This document shows positions 10,984 to 23,422 of a stretch of DNA of 64,000 nucleotides, in pieces. Position 1 is the stretch's first letter; the number at the start of each line of letters is the position of its first letter. The notes beneath the pieces are model-generated. The model did not search any database. It saw only the letters and a list, made by a program, of their open reading frames with translations, and was not told the origin of the DNA. The position numbers and the translations under genes were made by a program. The stretch comes from Eledone cirrhosa. Taxonomy: Eukaryota. The stretch covers positions 234,856,001-234,920,000 of the forward strand of contig OZ024741.1 in assembly GCA_964016885.1 (NCBI GenBank), read 5' to 3'.

Positions 10984-13635
10984 CTATCTTGGTAAAGCAC
11001 CTCCTGGAATACAGGAATATCGTGTCTCACCTGCATCTGAGATATACATTCCAACTTTGTTGTCCCGTTGGTGCCTTACCAAATGGTCCTTGCGGGAGAA
11101 AGCGAACCCACATAAATTACATTTAAAGGGTCTTTCTCCTGTGTGAGTTCTTTTATGAACAGTAAGGTGATACTTCTGTACAAATCCTTTGCCACATATT
11201 TCACAGATAAAAGGTTTGTCTTGATTGTGGCCTCGAACATGTCTTTCAAATAACTCACAATTTGTGAACACTTTCTCACAAATAACACATGTAAAAGTTT
11301 GCATAGATGGGCTGTGGTTTTGATTATTTTTTTCATTGTAAGCCTTCATGCACTCTTCACAGTCAAAATTTAAATTCTCTCCATCTTGGAAGTCTGTATC
11401 CATGGGACAAATGTTCTGACACATGGAACTGTCTTCGTTTGGACACATAGACATTGGTGGTGTGTTTTGGCTGAAATATTCGCGATGTGTTTTCATGTGC
11501 CTTGTTAAATTACCATTTGTGGAGAAATAGTTCTGACATATTGTACAGCGGAATGCATCTTTATTCCTATGTACAGGAGAAGTGTTCAGATTTTGCTGGG
11601 CAATAAATTCATCGTGAATTTTCATGTGTCTAGTTAGATTACCATTTGTGGAAAAAACTGAACAACAGGTGTTGCAGCGATGTGATTCTTCAGGTTCATA
11701 TTGAACAACTGGGCTGACAACATTTTGGTGATAATTCTCTTCATGACTACGAAAGTGCCTAGTCAAATCACCATTTCTTGAGAAAGTGCGTGCACAAATA
11801 TTACATTTAAATGGTTTCTCTTCTTGATAAAATGCAAAATTTTCATGTTCCTGTAGAACAGTTTCATCATGTGTTCTCATATGTCTCGTTAGATCTCCTG
11901 GTCGTGAGAACAATCGTTTACATATTGGACAAATGATGGGTTGATCCTCAAGATATGACCTCATACTGTTCTGTGGGTCATCTTTGAGACAAGGTCGTGA
12001 AATATTGCAGTGTTGTTCTTCCATACAACCTTTAGGGCTGGTATGGATTTGACTGTCAAAACAAGGTTTCATTGTGAGTGGAGCATGAGGGGCTTCCATA
12101 TGTATCTTCATATGTTCTGACATATCCATAAATGTAGAGAACACACGTCGGCAGAAGCGGCAAGAAAATGCCATTGGGGGTTCTTCTGTACAACCAGTGT
12201 TACAGCTGTACACATTGTGGGGCATACAGGAATCATTATGACTCTTCATGTGCCTAGTAAGGTCATTGTTTTGGGAAAATGCCAGTCCACAGAGGTTACA
12301 CTTGAAGGGGTCGTTGTTACAATTATTGTTGATTTGGTTACAGTTTGGGAGTAACGGTTCCTCGTGAGTTTTGAAATGTCTGGTGAGGTCACCATTACGG
12401 CTAAATTCACAGCCACATACATTGCAGAAAAACATCCCTTCTTTCTGATAGCAATGATTGGGGTTGTTCTGGATAACCACTTCTTCGTGGATCTTCATAT
12501 GTCTGGTGAGATTACCATTGGTTGAAAATGTAGACTGGCAGATGTTGCATTTAAATACCTCTCCATTTTGGCAATTGGCAATTAGAGCTGGCTGACATGA
12601 CGGCTCTTCGTGAACCCGAAAATGGCGCGTCAGGTCACCGTTCCTTGAAAAAACACGTTCACAGATGTTGCACTTAAATGGTTTCTCATCTTGACACAGC
12701 AGATGAGGGTTAATGTACTGTGGCTGCTGTAGTCGCGTGTCTTCTTCATGGAACCTCATATGTCGCATCAGGTCGCCATTTCTGGAGAAGGTACGTTCAC
12801 AGTAGTTACACTTATAGGGTCGATCTGAATCACAGATCACTGGTGGGGGAGGGGGAGGGGGAGTTGGTGTTGCAGTTGGAGTTGGAGTTGGAGTTGGAGT
12901 TGGAGTTGGAGTTAGAGTTGGAGTTGGAGTGTATTGTTCCTGGGGGACAATCTCAGTTTCATGATTTTTTTCATGCTCAATCAAGTTTATTTTCTGAGAG
13001 AATCCCGTCCCACAAATGTTACAGTGAAACAGTGGTTTCAGCAGTTTGTTAGGCCGCTTGTGTGTTCTCTTGTGTTGCTTCAAATGGTTGCGGCGAGTGA
13101 AACTTTTGCTGCAGACCTTACAGTCAAATGATTTCAGTTGCCGATGTGTCAGTTTATGTTTCTCAAGGTCAAGAAAGCCAGCAAATTCTTCGTTGCAAAT
13201 CTGGCATCGATGAGAATTTTCCATTGTTTGGACGCGTATGACAGCAGTACCTTCCTCTCCTTGTTCAAGCTGCTGACAGTACTCCTCTTCTTCTTTTATC
13301 CGTTTCAATCTTTCCTCTTCTTCCTCTTTGCTCTTCTCCTTTAGTCTTATAGCTTCCTCTTCATCAACTGTCTCTATATCTTCACTGTCATCTCCAACAA
13401 TAATGTTATTATTATTAATACTATTATTATTATTATCATCACTACTAGCATTTTCAGCATACTCATTAATGAGATCACTATCATTTTTATCACGAATGAA
13501 ACGAGTATTATTCATCATCATCTCACAGGCTTCTTCTTGGCATGAAGACATTTCACTGACCAATTTCTCATTTTCTTCTACCTGATGTTGTTCTTCATCC
13601 AAAGTCTGTTGTTGATCTTGATCCACAGGCCGTTG
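10984..13635 (-). CDS. Multi-C2H2 zinc-finger protein (about 16 fingers); large coding exon, 5' incomplete
   Basis: 883 uninterrupted sense codons from the gap edge to the stop. 15 complete CxxC-x12-H-x3-H fingers plus a last finger lacking the second His; one TGERPF linker; acidic N-terminal region; PT/polyP tract. The ORF-track start at 13884 crosses the N gap and is unreliable. Confidence 0.93.
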   Translation of the reverse strand, partial: QRPVDQDQQQTLDEEQHQVEENEKLVSEMSSCQEEACEMMMNNTRFIRDKNDSDLINEYAENASSDDNNNNSINNNNIIVGDDSEDIETVDEEEAIRLKEKSKEEEEERLKRIKEEEEYCQQLEQGEEGTAVIRVQTMENSHRCQICNEEFAGFLDLEKHKLTHRQLKSFDCKVCSKSFTRRNHLKQHKRTHKRPNKLLKPLFHCNICGTGFSQKINLIEHEKNHETEIVPQEQYTPTPTLTPTPTPTPTPTPTATPTPPPPPPPVICDSDRPYKCNYCERTFSRNGDLMRHMRFHEEDTRLQQPQYINPHLLCQDEKPFKCNICERVFSRNGDLTRHFRVHEEPSCQPALIANCQNGEVFKCNICQSTFSTNGNLTRHMKIHEEVVIQNNPNHCYQKEGMFFCNVCGCEFSRNGDLTRHFKTHEEPLLPNCNQINNNCNNDPFKCNLCGLAFSQNNDLTRHMKSHNDSCMPHNVYSCNTGCTEEPPMAFSCRFCRRVFSTFMDMSEHMKIHMEAPHAPLTMKPCFDSQIHTSPKGCMEEQHCNISRPCLKDDPQNSMRSYLEDQPIICPICKRLFSRPGDLTRHMRTHDETVLQEHENFAFYQEEKPFKCNICARTFSRNGDLTRHFRSHEENYHQNVVSPVVQYEPEESHRCNTCCSVFSTNGNLTRHMKIHDEFIAQQNLNTSPVHRNKDAFRCTICQNYFSTNGNLTRHMKTHREYFSQNTPPMSMCPNEDSSMCQNICPMDTDFQDGENLNFDCEECMKAYNEKNNQNHSPSMQTFTCVICEKVFTNCELFERHVRGHNQDKPFICEICGKGFVQKYHLTVHKRTHTGERPFKCNLCGFAFSRKDHLVRHQRDNKVGMYISDAGETRYSCIPGGALPR

Positions 13636-13637
13636 TT

Positions 13638-13837
13638 NNNNNNNNNNNNNNNNNNNNNNNNNNNNNNNNNNNNNNNNNNNNNNNNNNNNNNNNNNNNNNN
13701 NNNNNNNNNNNNNNNNNNNNNNNNNNNNNNNNNNNNNNNNNNNNNNNNNNNNNNNNNNNNNNNNNNNNNNNNNNNNNNNNNNNNNNNNNNNNNNNNNNNN
13801 NNNNNNNNNNNNNNNNNNNNNNNNNNNNNNNNNNNNN
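13638..13837. other. Assembly gap (200 N)
   Basis: Run of N; sequence shortly beyond it is SINE-rich, so reading-frame continuity across the gap is unsupported. Confidence 1.
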
Positions 13838-13924
13838 AATTGGACTGAATGAGTTAGATGTTCTCCTTGACAGTAACAACCCATGCCAGAATGGAAAGCA
13901 GATACAAGATGATGATGTCCTCCT

Positions 13925-14540
13925 CAGAAGGATGAAAGGCAAAGTTAACCTCTATGGGATTTGAACTCAGAGTGTATTCATAGGGATTTCTAAACTCAAA
14001 CTTAATCCAATTGAAACCCTCAGTATTTAACTGATACCTATTTTATTGAATGCAAGTTGATCTCCGATTTGAGCTCATGAATGTAAAAGGACATAACCAA
14101 ATACCACAAGGTATTTTGTCCATCAGCCTTGCTTTCTTAATAATAATTGTTCCTACTTGGGTAGAGGAAAGTCGACTAAATCAATATTTTATTGACCAAT
14201 GAAGGATGAAAGGCAAAGTTGACCTCTGTGGGATTGAACTCAGAATGAAAGAGCCATAACATAATAATAATTATTATTATTTCTACTTAGGCACAAGGCC
14301 AACAATTTTAAGGGGAATGGAAAGTCGATTAAATCGACCCCAGTGAATTACTGGTGCTTTATTTTATTGATCTCGTAAGGATGAAAGGCAAAGTTAACCT
14401 CGGCGTGATTTGAACTCAACGTAAAGAGACGCAACACTATGCCACGAAGCATGGTGTTTGACGCTCTATCGAATAACAATGATTTCTGATTTAGATACAA
14501 GGCCAGCAATTGGGAGGGGCGGTCGATTTAATCGACCCCA
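13925..14540 (-). mobile_element. SINE family A cluster
   Basis: Repeated aaggatgaaaggcaaagttaacctc...atttgaactca. Confidence 0.75.
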
Positions 14541-14554
14541 ATGAATGACTGATG

Positions 14555-14680
14555 ATAATAATATTAATAATAGGTGCTCTTGGAATAATGAAAAACACAG
14601 AGAGACACGAAACTAAAACCCTTGGACTTACAAATATATACAGTATACACAAAATAGCACTACTAAGAACTGCACACATT
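14555..14680 (+). pseudogene. C-terminal fragment of a restriction-like-endonuclease LINE ORF (R4/Dong-like)
   Basis: Reads IIGALGIMK...IHKIALLRTAHI, resembling the IGALG...QKxxLLGTAHILRK ends of such elements (family assigned from recalled motif). Confidence 0.55.
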
Positions 14681-14921
14681 GAAACTACACTGCACATACG
14701 CAAGGCGTACGGAGTTTTGCTGCACACATTGAAACTACACTGCACATACGCAAGGCGTACGGAGTTTTGCTGCACACATTGAAACTACACTGCACATACG
14801 CAAGGCGTACGGAGTTTTGCTGCACACATTGAAACTACACTGCACATACGCAAGGCGTACGGAGTTTTGCTGCACACATTGAAACTACACTGCACATACG
14901 CAAGGCGTACGGAGTTTTGCT
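14671..14921. repeat. 50-bp minisatellite, 5 identical copies
   Basis: tgcacacattgaaactacactgcacatacgcaaggcgtacggagttttgc at 14671, 14721, 14771, 14821, 14871. Confidence 0.97.
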
Positions 14922-14964
14922 CGGTTATGTAATGGCGACACAATAAAAATAAGATTAATAACAA

Positions 14965-16070
14965 TAATTGTTTCTACTTTTGGCACAAGGCCAGCAATTA
15001 TCCCAGTGCATTACTGGTACTTTATTTTGTCGACCCCGTAAGGATGAAAGGCAAAGTTAACCTCGGCGGGATTTGAACTCAGACCGTAAAGGGGCGTAAT
15101 TCTATACTGCAAAGCATGGCATCTGACCCTCTACCGATACTGCCAATCCACCGCCCTAATAACAATAATTATTTCTGCTGTTGGCACAAGGCCAGCAATT
15201 ACCCAGTACATTACTGGTACTTTATTTTATCGACCCCGTAAGGATGAAAGGCAAAGTTAACCTCGGCGGGATTTGAACTCAGACTGTAAAGGGACGTAAC
15301 TATGCTAGAAAGCATGGCGTCCAACCCTCTACCGATACTGCCAATTGGCCAACAATAATGATTTCTAATTTCAGCACAGGGCCAGCAAATTTTTAGGGGA
15401 GGCAAAGGTTGATTGCATTCACTTCAACAATTGACTGGTACTTTATTTTATCGAACCCAGAAGGATGAAAGGCAAAATTGACCCCAGAGGGATATGAACT
15501 CGGATCGTAATGTTGAATAAAGAATCCTAAACACAGACACGCAAATGAAAGCTCAGTATGTTGAGGTAGAGTAATAAGTTTAATTTTTTAAAATCCAATT
15601 TTTTATCAAATACAAAGTTGATCTCAGATTTGAGCTCAAGAATATAAAGAAACGCAAAATAGTTTGTCGGCCCTGACCGCCTTAATAATTATTTCTACTT
15701 TTGGCACAAGGCCAGTAATTACCCAGTGTATTACTGGTACTTTATTTTATCGACCCCGTAAGGATGAAAGGCAAAGTTAACCTCGGCGGGATTTGAACTC
15801 AGAATGGCAAGGGCCGTAACTCTATACGTCAAAGCATGGCGTCCGACCCTCTACCGATACTGCCAATCCACCTTCTACTCTAGACACAAGACCAACAATT
15901 TGGAGTGGAAAGTCGATTAAACCGACTTCAGCGAATCACTAGTGCTTTATTTTATCGACCCCGTAAAGATGAAAGGCAAAGCTAATCTCAGCGGGATTTG
16001 AACTCAGAACGTAAAGGGCCATAATCCTATGCTGCAAAGCATGGTGTCTGACGCTCTACCGATTCTGCCA
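14965..16070 (-). mobile_element. Head-to-tail cluster of about 5 SINE family A copies
   Basis: ggcacaaggccagcaatt...ttactggtactttattttatcgaccccgtaaggatgaaaggcaaagttaacctcggcgggatttgaactcag...ccgatactgccaat repeated. Confidence 0.85.
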
Positions 16071-17589
16071 ATAATAATAATAACAGCAACAACAATAATT
16101 ATGATAAATAGAAGATTTTTTTAACGCTATGAAATGAATAAACATCACAACCTCATGTTAGTCAAATTACAAAATAATTCAGAAATGATTAAAATGTTTC
16201 AAAAGATACAAATTATTTTGTTTCTCTTAATTACTATCATCATCATTACTATCATTATCATTCTAGTTTTAGTTTTGTATAACAGTAGCAACAACAACAA
16301 CAACAGGCTCCCCCACCGTCACGACATTGCCTCGCCTCTTAACACCACTACTATTATTGTAGATACACACACACACACACTCTCTCTCTCTCTCTCTATA
16401 TATATATGTATATATGTGTGTGTGTGTTTGAGTGTACATACATACACATAAATGAACTACACTGAGAGGATACAGACACACACATATATGTGTGTGTATA
16501 TACATACATACATACATACAAATGAACTACACAGAGGATATAATCATACAACTACATAAGTTGCACACAACTACACCCCCCCTCCTCCCTCCCCCACTCA
16601 TAAAACATACAGAAATAATTACACACACACACATACTCTCTCTTTTTTCTTTCTCACACACGCCACCATATATATTTACACAGAAATAATCACGTAACCC
16701 TCCCCCACCGCGCACATAAACACACACACAGAAATTATATATACACAACGCACATATCCACCACCACCACCACCACCACCACCACCACCACCACTATTCT
16801 CTGATTACAACAAATCTCTCTCTTTACACACACACTCATACTCTTCCTCCCCATCTCCACCACATTCATTTTACTGTCTTTCTTTTTCTACACATACACA
16901 CTACACTCTCTTTCTCACTCAATTGCTCTCTGCTCCCACCTCCACATAAAACACCATACCTTCTCTTCCTCCTCTTCTCTCCTTCACACACACACACACA
17001 CTCTCTCTCTTTCTCATTGTACACTCTGTCCTTCCTCATATACTTTCATTACAATCTCTCACCTCCATCAACACCACCACCACCACCACCTTCATTAAGC
17101 AGTCCCTCCCTATCTCCACTATATCATCTCCTCCTCCTATATTCACATTACCCCCTTCATTTTTCTTCTCCACCAACCACATTCATTATTACCCTAATTC
17201 TCTCTCTCCCTCTTCTTAACTACATCCTCAAACTCCTATTGCTCTCTTTTTTACCCTCTTATATCAACCACCCTTTCCTACTTACCCCTCCCTTTCTTAT
17301 ATATGTATATATCAGAGAGAGAGAGAGAGAGAGAGCGTAGACAGATATACAAATATGTATATCTATCTCTCTACACATTTACCTATCTATCTACCTGTTT
17401 GTAATAACTGAGCAACGAGCTCCTATGAATTGAGTCCGGAACGTTTGTTAACCTGCAATGACACAACAGGCCTGGCATCCTATCCAGGTGAACATATCAA
17501 CCACGTGAACAGATCATATAACACAGAACCAGTGTTATATTCTTTGTACGACCCTCTTGCATTTACATTGTCGTTCGTACAATGTAAAG

Positions 17590-18432
17590 AGGCATTGCAG
17601 AGTACTCATCAATGAGGGAGACTCTGAGAGACATTGCAGAGTACGCATCAATGAGGGAGACTCTGAGAGACATTGCAGAGTACGCATCAATGAGGGAGAC
17701 TCTGAGAGACATTGCAGAGTACGCATCAATGAGCGAGACTCTGAGAGACATTGCAGAGTACACATCAATGAGCGAGACTCTGAGAGACATTGCAGAGTAC
17801 ACATCAATGAGGGAGACTCTGAGAGACATTGCAGAGTACACATCAATGAGGGAGACTCTGAGAGACATTGCAGAGTACGCATCAATGAGGGAGACTCTGA
17901 GAGACATTGCAGAGTACGCATCAATGAGCGAGACTCTGAGAGACATTGCAGAGTACACATCAATGAGGGAAACTCTGAGAGACATTGCAGAGTACACATC
18001 AATGAGGGAGACTCTGAGAGACATTGCAGAGTACGCATCAATGAGGGAAACTCTGAGAGACATTGCAGAGTACGCATCAATGAGGGAGACTCTGAGAGAC
18101 ATTGCAGAGTACACATCAATGAGGGAAACTCTGAGAGACATTGCCGAGTACACATCAATGAGGGAGACTCTGAGAGACATTGCAGAGTACGCATCAATGA
18201 GGGAGACTCTGAGAGACATTGCAGAGTACACATCAATGAGGGAGACTCTGAGAGACATTGCCGAGTACACATCAATGAGGGAAACTCTGAGAGACATTGC
18301 AGAGTACGCATCAATGAGGGAGACTCTGAGAGACATTGCAGAGTACGCATCAATGAGGGAGACTCTGAGAGACATTGCAGAGTACACATCAATGAGGGAG
18401 ACTCTGAGAGACATTACAGAGAATACATTAAT
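17590..18432. repeat. 39-bp minisatellite, ~21 copies
   Basis: Unit gacattgcagagtac(g/a)catcaatgag(g/c)ga(g/a)actctgaga; produces four long 13-aa-periodic ORFs. Confidence 0.97.
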
Positions 18433-18676
18433 GAATGGGAGATCCTAAGTGTTCGTTCGACCTGATAGAAATAGTATTCCAGATAATTTGTAAAATCATT
18501 GATATGACATGAGACGTGCCTTTGGCATTTGGTGGAGTCGTAGGGGCACCGTCAGGAAATACGGCGTGACGTGTCTTGGGCATTCAAACCTGGCGAAACC
18601 CATCTCTCTCCAGGTTTGAACATAATTGATTTCTTCCAGAATAAAACAAGAGAGAAGAGAGAAGAGAAGAGAGAGA

Positions 18677-18790
<114 letters not shown>

Positions 18791-19397
18791 AGTGTTGAGA
18801 GAAGGAGGATGAAAGAATGAGAAAAAATGAGAAAGAAATAGAGAGGAAGAATTGTTTACCGACCTAGAAAGGATAAAAAACAAAGTTAACTTCAGTATGA
18901 TTTGAACCCAGAACGAATACTGTAACGAAGTCTATCTCACGTTCTAACGACTCTCCAATCAGAGATATTTAAAAAACAAAACAAAATAAAAACAAATTAT
19001 CTAGCTGCTCTACAGATATACAGAAGTCGCACCTCCATTTTTACATACACCATTTGCAATATATCATTAATTTTGAATTGAAGTTTTGTAGGTCCAATAA
19101 ATAAGTCGCATGCTGGATTTTTACGTCGATTCATACGCGAGTACATAGATTAGCAACTACTAGGACCTATCCGGTGTCTCTATCTCTATAATATAGAGAT
19201 ACAGACACGGGATAAGATATAGAGTCTATATCAATGTGTTACCATTGATTTCATTGTAATCACTGTATATTAGAAGAGTCACGAAACCAATGGTAGCGTA
19301 GCACATACATGTTAAGTGTATGAAACTTTGTTTATACTAAATAAGGTCTCTTGCAACACATTGAGCACTGTTTTCTTTGATCTTTCATTTACGGTAT

Positions 19398-19481
19398 ATA
19401 TAAAAAGATTCAGGACCCTGACGGCCGAGCCCCGGCCGTTTCGACAGCTAGATCCGAACGGGGTCCTGAATCTTTTTATAT
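19398..19481 (-). other. Short hairpin insert holding the 3' half of a hammerhead motif
   Basis: Outer stem atataaaaagattcaggaccc/gggtcctgaatctttttatat; minus strand GAAA-cggccg-gggct-cggccg-TC; no CTGANGA box. Confidence 0.55.
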
Positions 19482-19621
19482 TACACATTACCCCAAGTAT
19501 CGAGTACCTGGGTTTTTTTACCACACCCTATCTGATATATATATATATATATCAATGATATATATTTATAATCTGTTATAAATAAATTTGTTGAATTACC
19601 AACAAATTAAATATCTCTTTG

Positions 19622-19688
<67 letters not shown>

Positions 19689-19719
19689 CGTGTGTGTGGG
19701 GTGGTGGGGGGTGGGGGTG

Positions 19720-19930
19720 AAGGCGTATGACTTAGTGGCTAGTGCGTTGGATTCACAATCATGTGATTGGGAGTTCGATTCCTGGATCGGGCGGTGTGTT
19801 GTGTCATCGGGAAAAAAACACTTTATTTCACGTTGCTCCAGTTCACTCAGCTGTAGAAATGAGTTGTGACATCACTGATGCCGAGATGTGGAGGCCTTTT
19901 ACCTTGGACAACATCGATGGTGTGAAGAGA
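19720..19930 (+). mobile_element. tRNA-derived SINE family B
   Basis: A box tgacttagtgg, B box gagttcgattcc, then cactttatttcacgttgctccag. Confidence 0.75.
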
Positions 19931-20031
19931 GGAGACTGGTAGTATGGCGAAATTTCTTGGTGCAAAATACATGGTCATTTATGAAATACCGACGTAGAGT
20001 TTAAGTATTCTTTATTGTGGCTAAGTGGTAA

Positions 20032-20093
<62 letters not shown>

Positions 20094-20143
20094 TGAAGTA
20101 GAGATTCGACCACGAGCTCGAGCAGTTTCAGCTTATAGCCTCT

Positions 20144-20185
<42 letters not shown>

Positions 20186-20744
20186 TATATATTTATATAG
20201 TTATATATATATAAAATATGATCTGCACACATATATAATGTATGTCTGTCTATTTCTAAATTGCTCTCTCTCTCCTACACACACTCTCTCTTTACCTCTC
20301 TCTGCCAGATTGTGATGTTCATCCTTTGCATCTCTTGCCAGCTCCCTCTCCCTTCCAGGCACCTAAATATCCCCATCCATTCGTTCCCCAGTCTATTGGC
20401 AATACTGTACTGTTTTGAGAGACAGATAGATAGAGAAAGAAGAGGGGGAGCTGTTGTTGTTGTTGTTGTTGTTGTTAGCAGTGGTGGGGGACAGAGGCGG
20501 TATGGAATTAATCGCTACTCCTACTGTACACCACCGTCCCCACCACAACAAAAACCAGTCATTCTTATTCTTTCTCTCTACTCAGCCCCACTCACCTACA
20601 GATACAACAACAATAACAAACACACTGAATGAGTCATACTGTGTGTGCGTGTGTGTGTATCTGCATGTATGCGCGTGACTCTGCTATAATCTACACAAGT
20701 ACACAAACATATACATACACACATAACTATCTAGCTATCAATCG

Positions 20745-20779
<35 letters not shown>

Positions 20780-20964
20780 ATTGTTTCTACTTTTGGAACA
20801 AGGCCAGCAATTAACCAGTGCATTACTGGTACTTTATTTTATCGACCCCGTAAGGATGAAAGGCAAAGTTAACCTCGGCGGGATTTGAACTCAGATCGTA
20901 AAGGGACGTAACTCTTTGCGTCAAAGCATGGCGTCCGACCCTATACTGATACTGCCAATCCACC

Positions 20965-20968
<4 letters not shown>
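20780..20968 (-). mobile_element. SINE family A, apparently full length
   Basis: Close match to 14965-15157; flanked by (TA)n. Confidence 0.85.
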
Positions 20969-21002
<34 letters not shown>

Positions 21003-21042
21003 TTCAAAATATTAACAAAATAGATATTCTTGTGATCAATTA

Positions 21043-21109
21043 TATTTTATTATACATATTTCAGAGGTACTGAGTTAAGTTCAACAGTACGTCCTCGTCA
21101 GATAAAATA
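21043..21109 (-). ncRNA. Type I hammerhead ribozyme
   Basis: Minus strand: tattttat-CTGACGA-ggacgtactg-ttgaacttaact-cagtacctct-GAAA-tatgta-TA-ataaaata; perfect 8-bp stem I. Confidence 0.85.
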
Positions 21110-22399
21110 AATGATACATGACATACCCTGACATAGTAGATGGTTAAGATTTAGTTATGGTAGTGATTAACTTATGACAAAACTCAATATTTATACCTTA
21201 ATATTGAGAACATGAGATAACATAATACAAACAATAGAGAGGGTGCGTGTAATAGGGTTTAATAAATACATGGCATCAATATAACAGTTATAAAAACCTT
21301 TTAATTTTTAGAAACTACTGGAGAAAGTGGAGGGAAAGGAAAGCAGAGAAGAAGAAACAGCTGATGTGATAAGACATTTAGTAGGTGGCTTTAAAAAACA
21401 GATGAAAGATGATTAAAGAGAGAGACAAAGGGGAGTAATTTATGTTCAAGTTTATATACAGAGATCTCCATATAATCAACACATGTCCCAAATAATATAG
21501 TTGGCGGTTAATTTTCAAAATATTTAATTTAAGTTATTTCAGGGTAATGAATCATATTTTAGGTTTTAACAGTTAATAGGTATTTGTATTACTATTATAA
21601 TATAATTATGTTTAATTTCTAAAATTCAAATTTTTTGAAAACAAATTTAAAGTATTTACGAAACACGAGAAAGAAAATATCTATATGCTTTTATAACTTC
21701 ACGAAGGTAATCTTTACCAAAATTATTTATAATATTGACAACAGTTTCTATAATATATTTTATAAAATAATTATAGTTATAATTATTAAAGAATTTATTG
21801 TTAAATAGTTTGAGTGCTTAAAGTATCAACCAGCCTTATAACTAAACATAAATAAGTCCGAATTTTCAACTATATACATGTATTGATAAAAAAATACAAA
21901 GATTATAGTTTATTATTTGTTTATAAATATATATAATATAATACAATAATACAATAATACAATAATGCAATATAGTAAATAAGTTACTGAAAATATTGTT
22001 CAAAAATATATATAGTTAAAAATGTTGTTAAAAATATTGCTAAAGAGTTAATGTTTTATATCAATTATTTCCATTTAGTTGACATATACTATAAAGATAT
22101 AAGTCAAAACTATATGAGTCCTAATGAAAGGGGCTAGATACAAAATATATATATATATACATAATGTATTTGTACGTTTGTGTTTGCAACCATGAGGAAA
22201 AAGTGTTCAGTATAAGAACGGCGAATATATATATTTCTATTTCTATTCGCTACTCTTAAGATAGATAACACTTCTATTACGTGGATAATCATCATCCTGG
22301 ATAGAAAACCAGCCTGTTGCAGGTAACCTCTCTCAAAACAACTTTAACATACCTAATAAAACCAAATACACTAAGGAGAGATAAACACGCACAATGTAA

Positions 22400-22547
22400 T
22401 AATTGTTTCTACTTTTGGCACAAGGCCAGCAATTACCCAGTACATTACTGGTACTTTATTTTATCGACTCCGTAAGGATGAAAAGCAAAGCTAACCTCGG
22501 TGGGATTTGAACACAGAATGGCAAGGGTCGTAACTCTATGCGTCTAA
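22400..22547 (-). mobile_element. SINE family A, 5'-truncated
   Basis: Matches the family A consensus. Confidence 0.75.
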
Positions 22548-23422
22548 TGACATCTCCCACAACAAACTCCGTCATCTTTAAAATTGGACCTACATGGGTT
22601 CTTAAAAAACCTTCCACATAGTCACTTTGTCTTGCACTATATGGAAACCAAAGGTTTTGTCCACTACACCTTTAAAATTGGGACCACGTGAGCCAATGAA
22701 TGATCTATATAGTCAGCTGACCTACTTACTCAATATAGTCTGTTGTAGTGACGTGAAAAAGATAGCTACGACAAGCAATTAGGATGTTGCGTATTTGAGG
22801 GACAGATTAGAAAAAAACTATTCAATTGTCAATTCATTATATTATTCCAAAATGTTAATGTCATCATTCAAGTACTATGGTAATGAATCTAGAAGTTTAC
22901 AAAGCTGTGAAACAAAAAAAATAAAAGGTTAAATAAATAAATAAATAAATACTTTTTATAGAGTAAGTAATGTTTATCTTACTTTGGAATACACGTCACT
23001 GGTAAGTCGAATTACCTTATACAACGGTTTCTAACTTGGAGTTTTGCAAACGTAATATTGTAGGGCCCTTGAGTTAAGTTCAAAATTTCAAGTTCTTAGT
23101 CAAAAACATAAACACAGACTATTGGGTATCAATACTCCTCTAAGTATAAACATTTCTCTCATTCAATTGTTAGTCTTGACGTATAACAAGCTGTAAAAGG
23201 AGTGATCATATAGGTGAGGAGGGTGGGGGTGGGGGTCAAATAAAAAGTTTAAAAAAAAAAAAAAAGAGTCCTTAGTAATGAAAAGGTTGCGAACTATTTG
23301 GTTTAGTGTTTTTAAAATAAGACAGCATGAAATGTCTTCAGCTTTCAATCTTAGACGACTCCGCAGTACGACTCTAGAAGAAAAACAAGACACTAATAAT
23401 ACGACATATGTGTGTATATATG

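Noticed and set aside
13636-13884. N-terminus MGCYCQGEHL of the 966-aa ORF
   Set aside because: Joined to the zinc-finger frame only through a 200-N gap of probably arbitrary length, and lies next to SINE sequence.
17535-18465. Four 278-302-aa ORFs as protein-coding genes
   Set aside because: They follow from a stop-poor 39-bp unit; no unique flanking domain or splice evidence.
19720-19795. tRNA gene
   Set aside because: A and B boxes are present but there is no complete cloverleaf, and the sequence continues into a SINE body found several times in the window.
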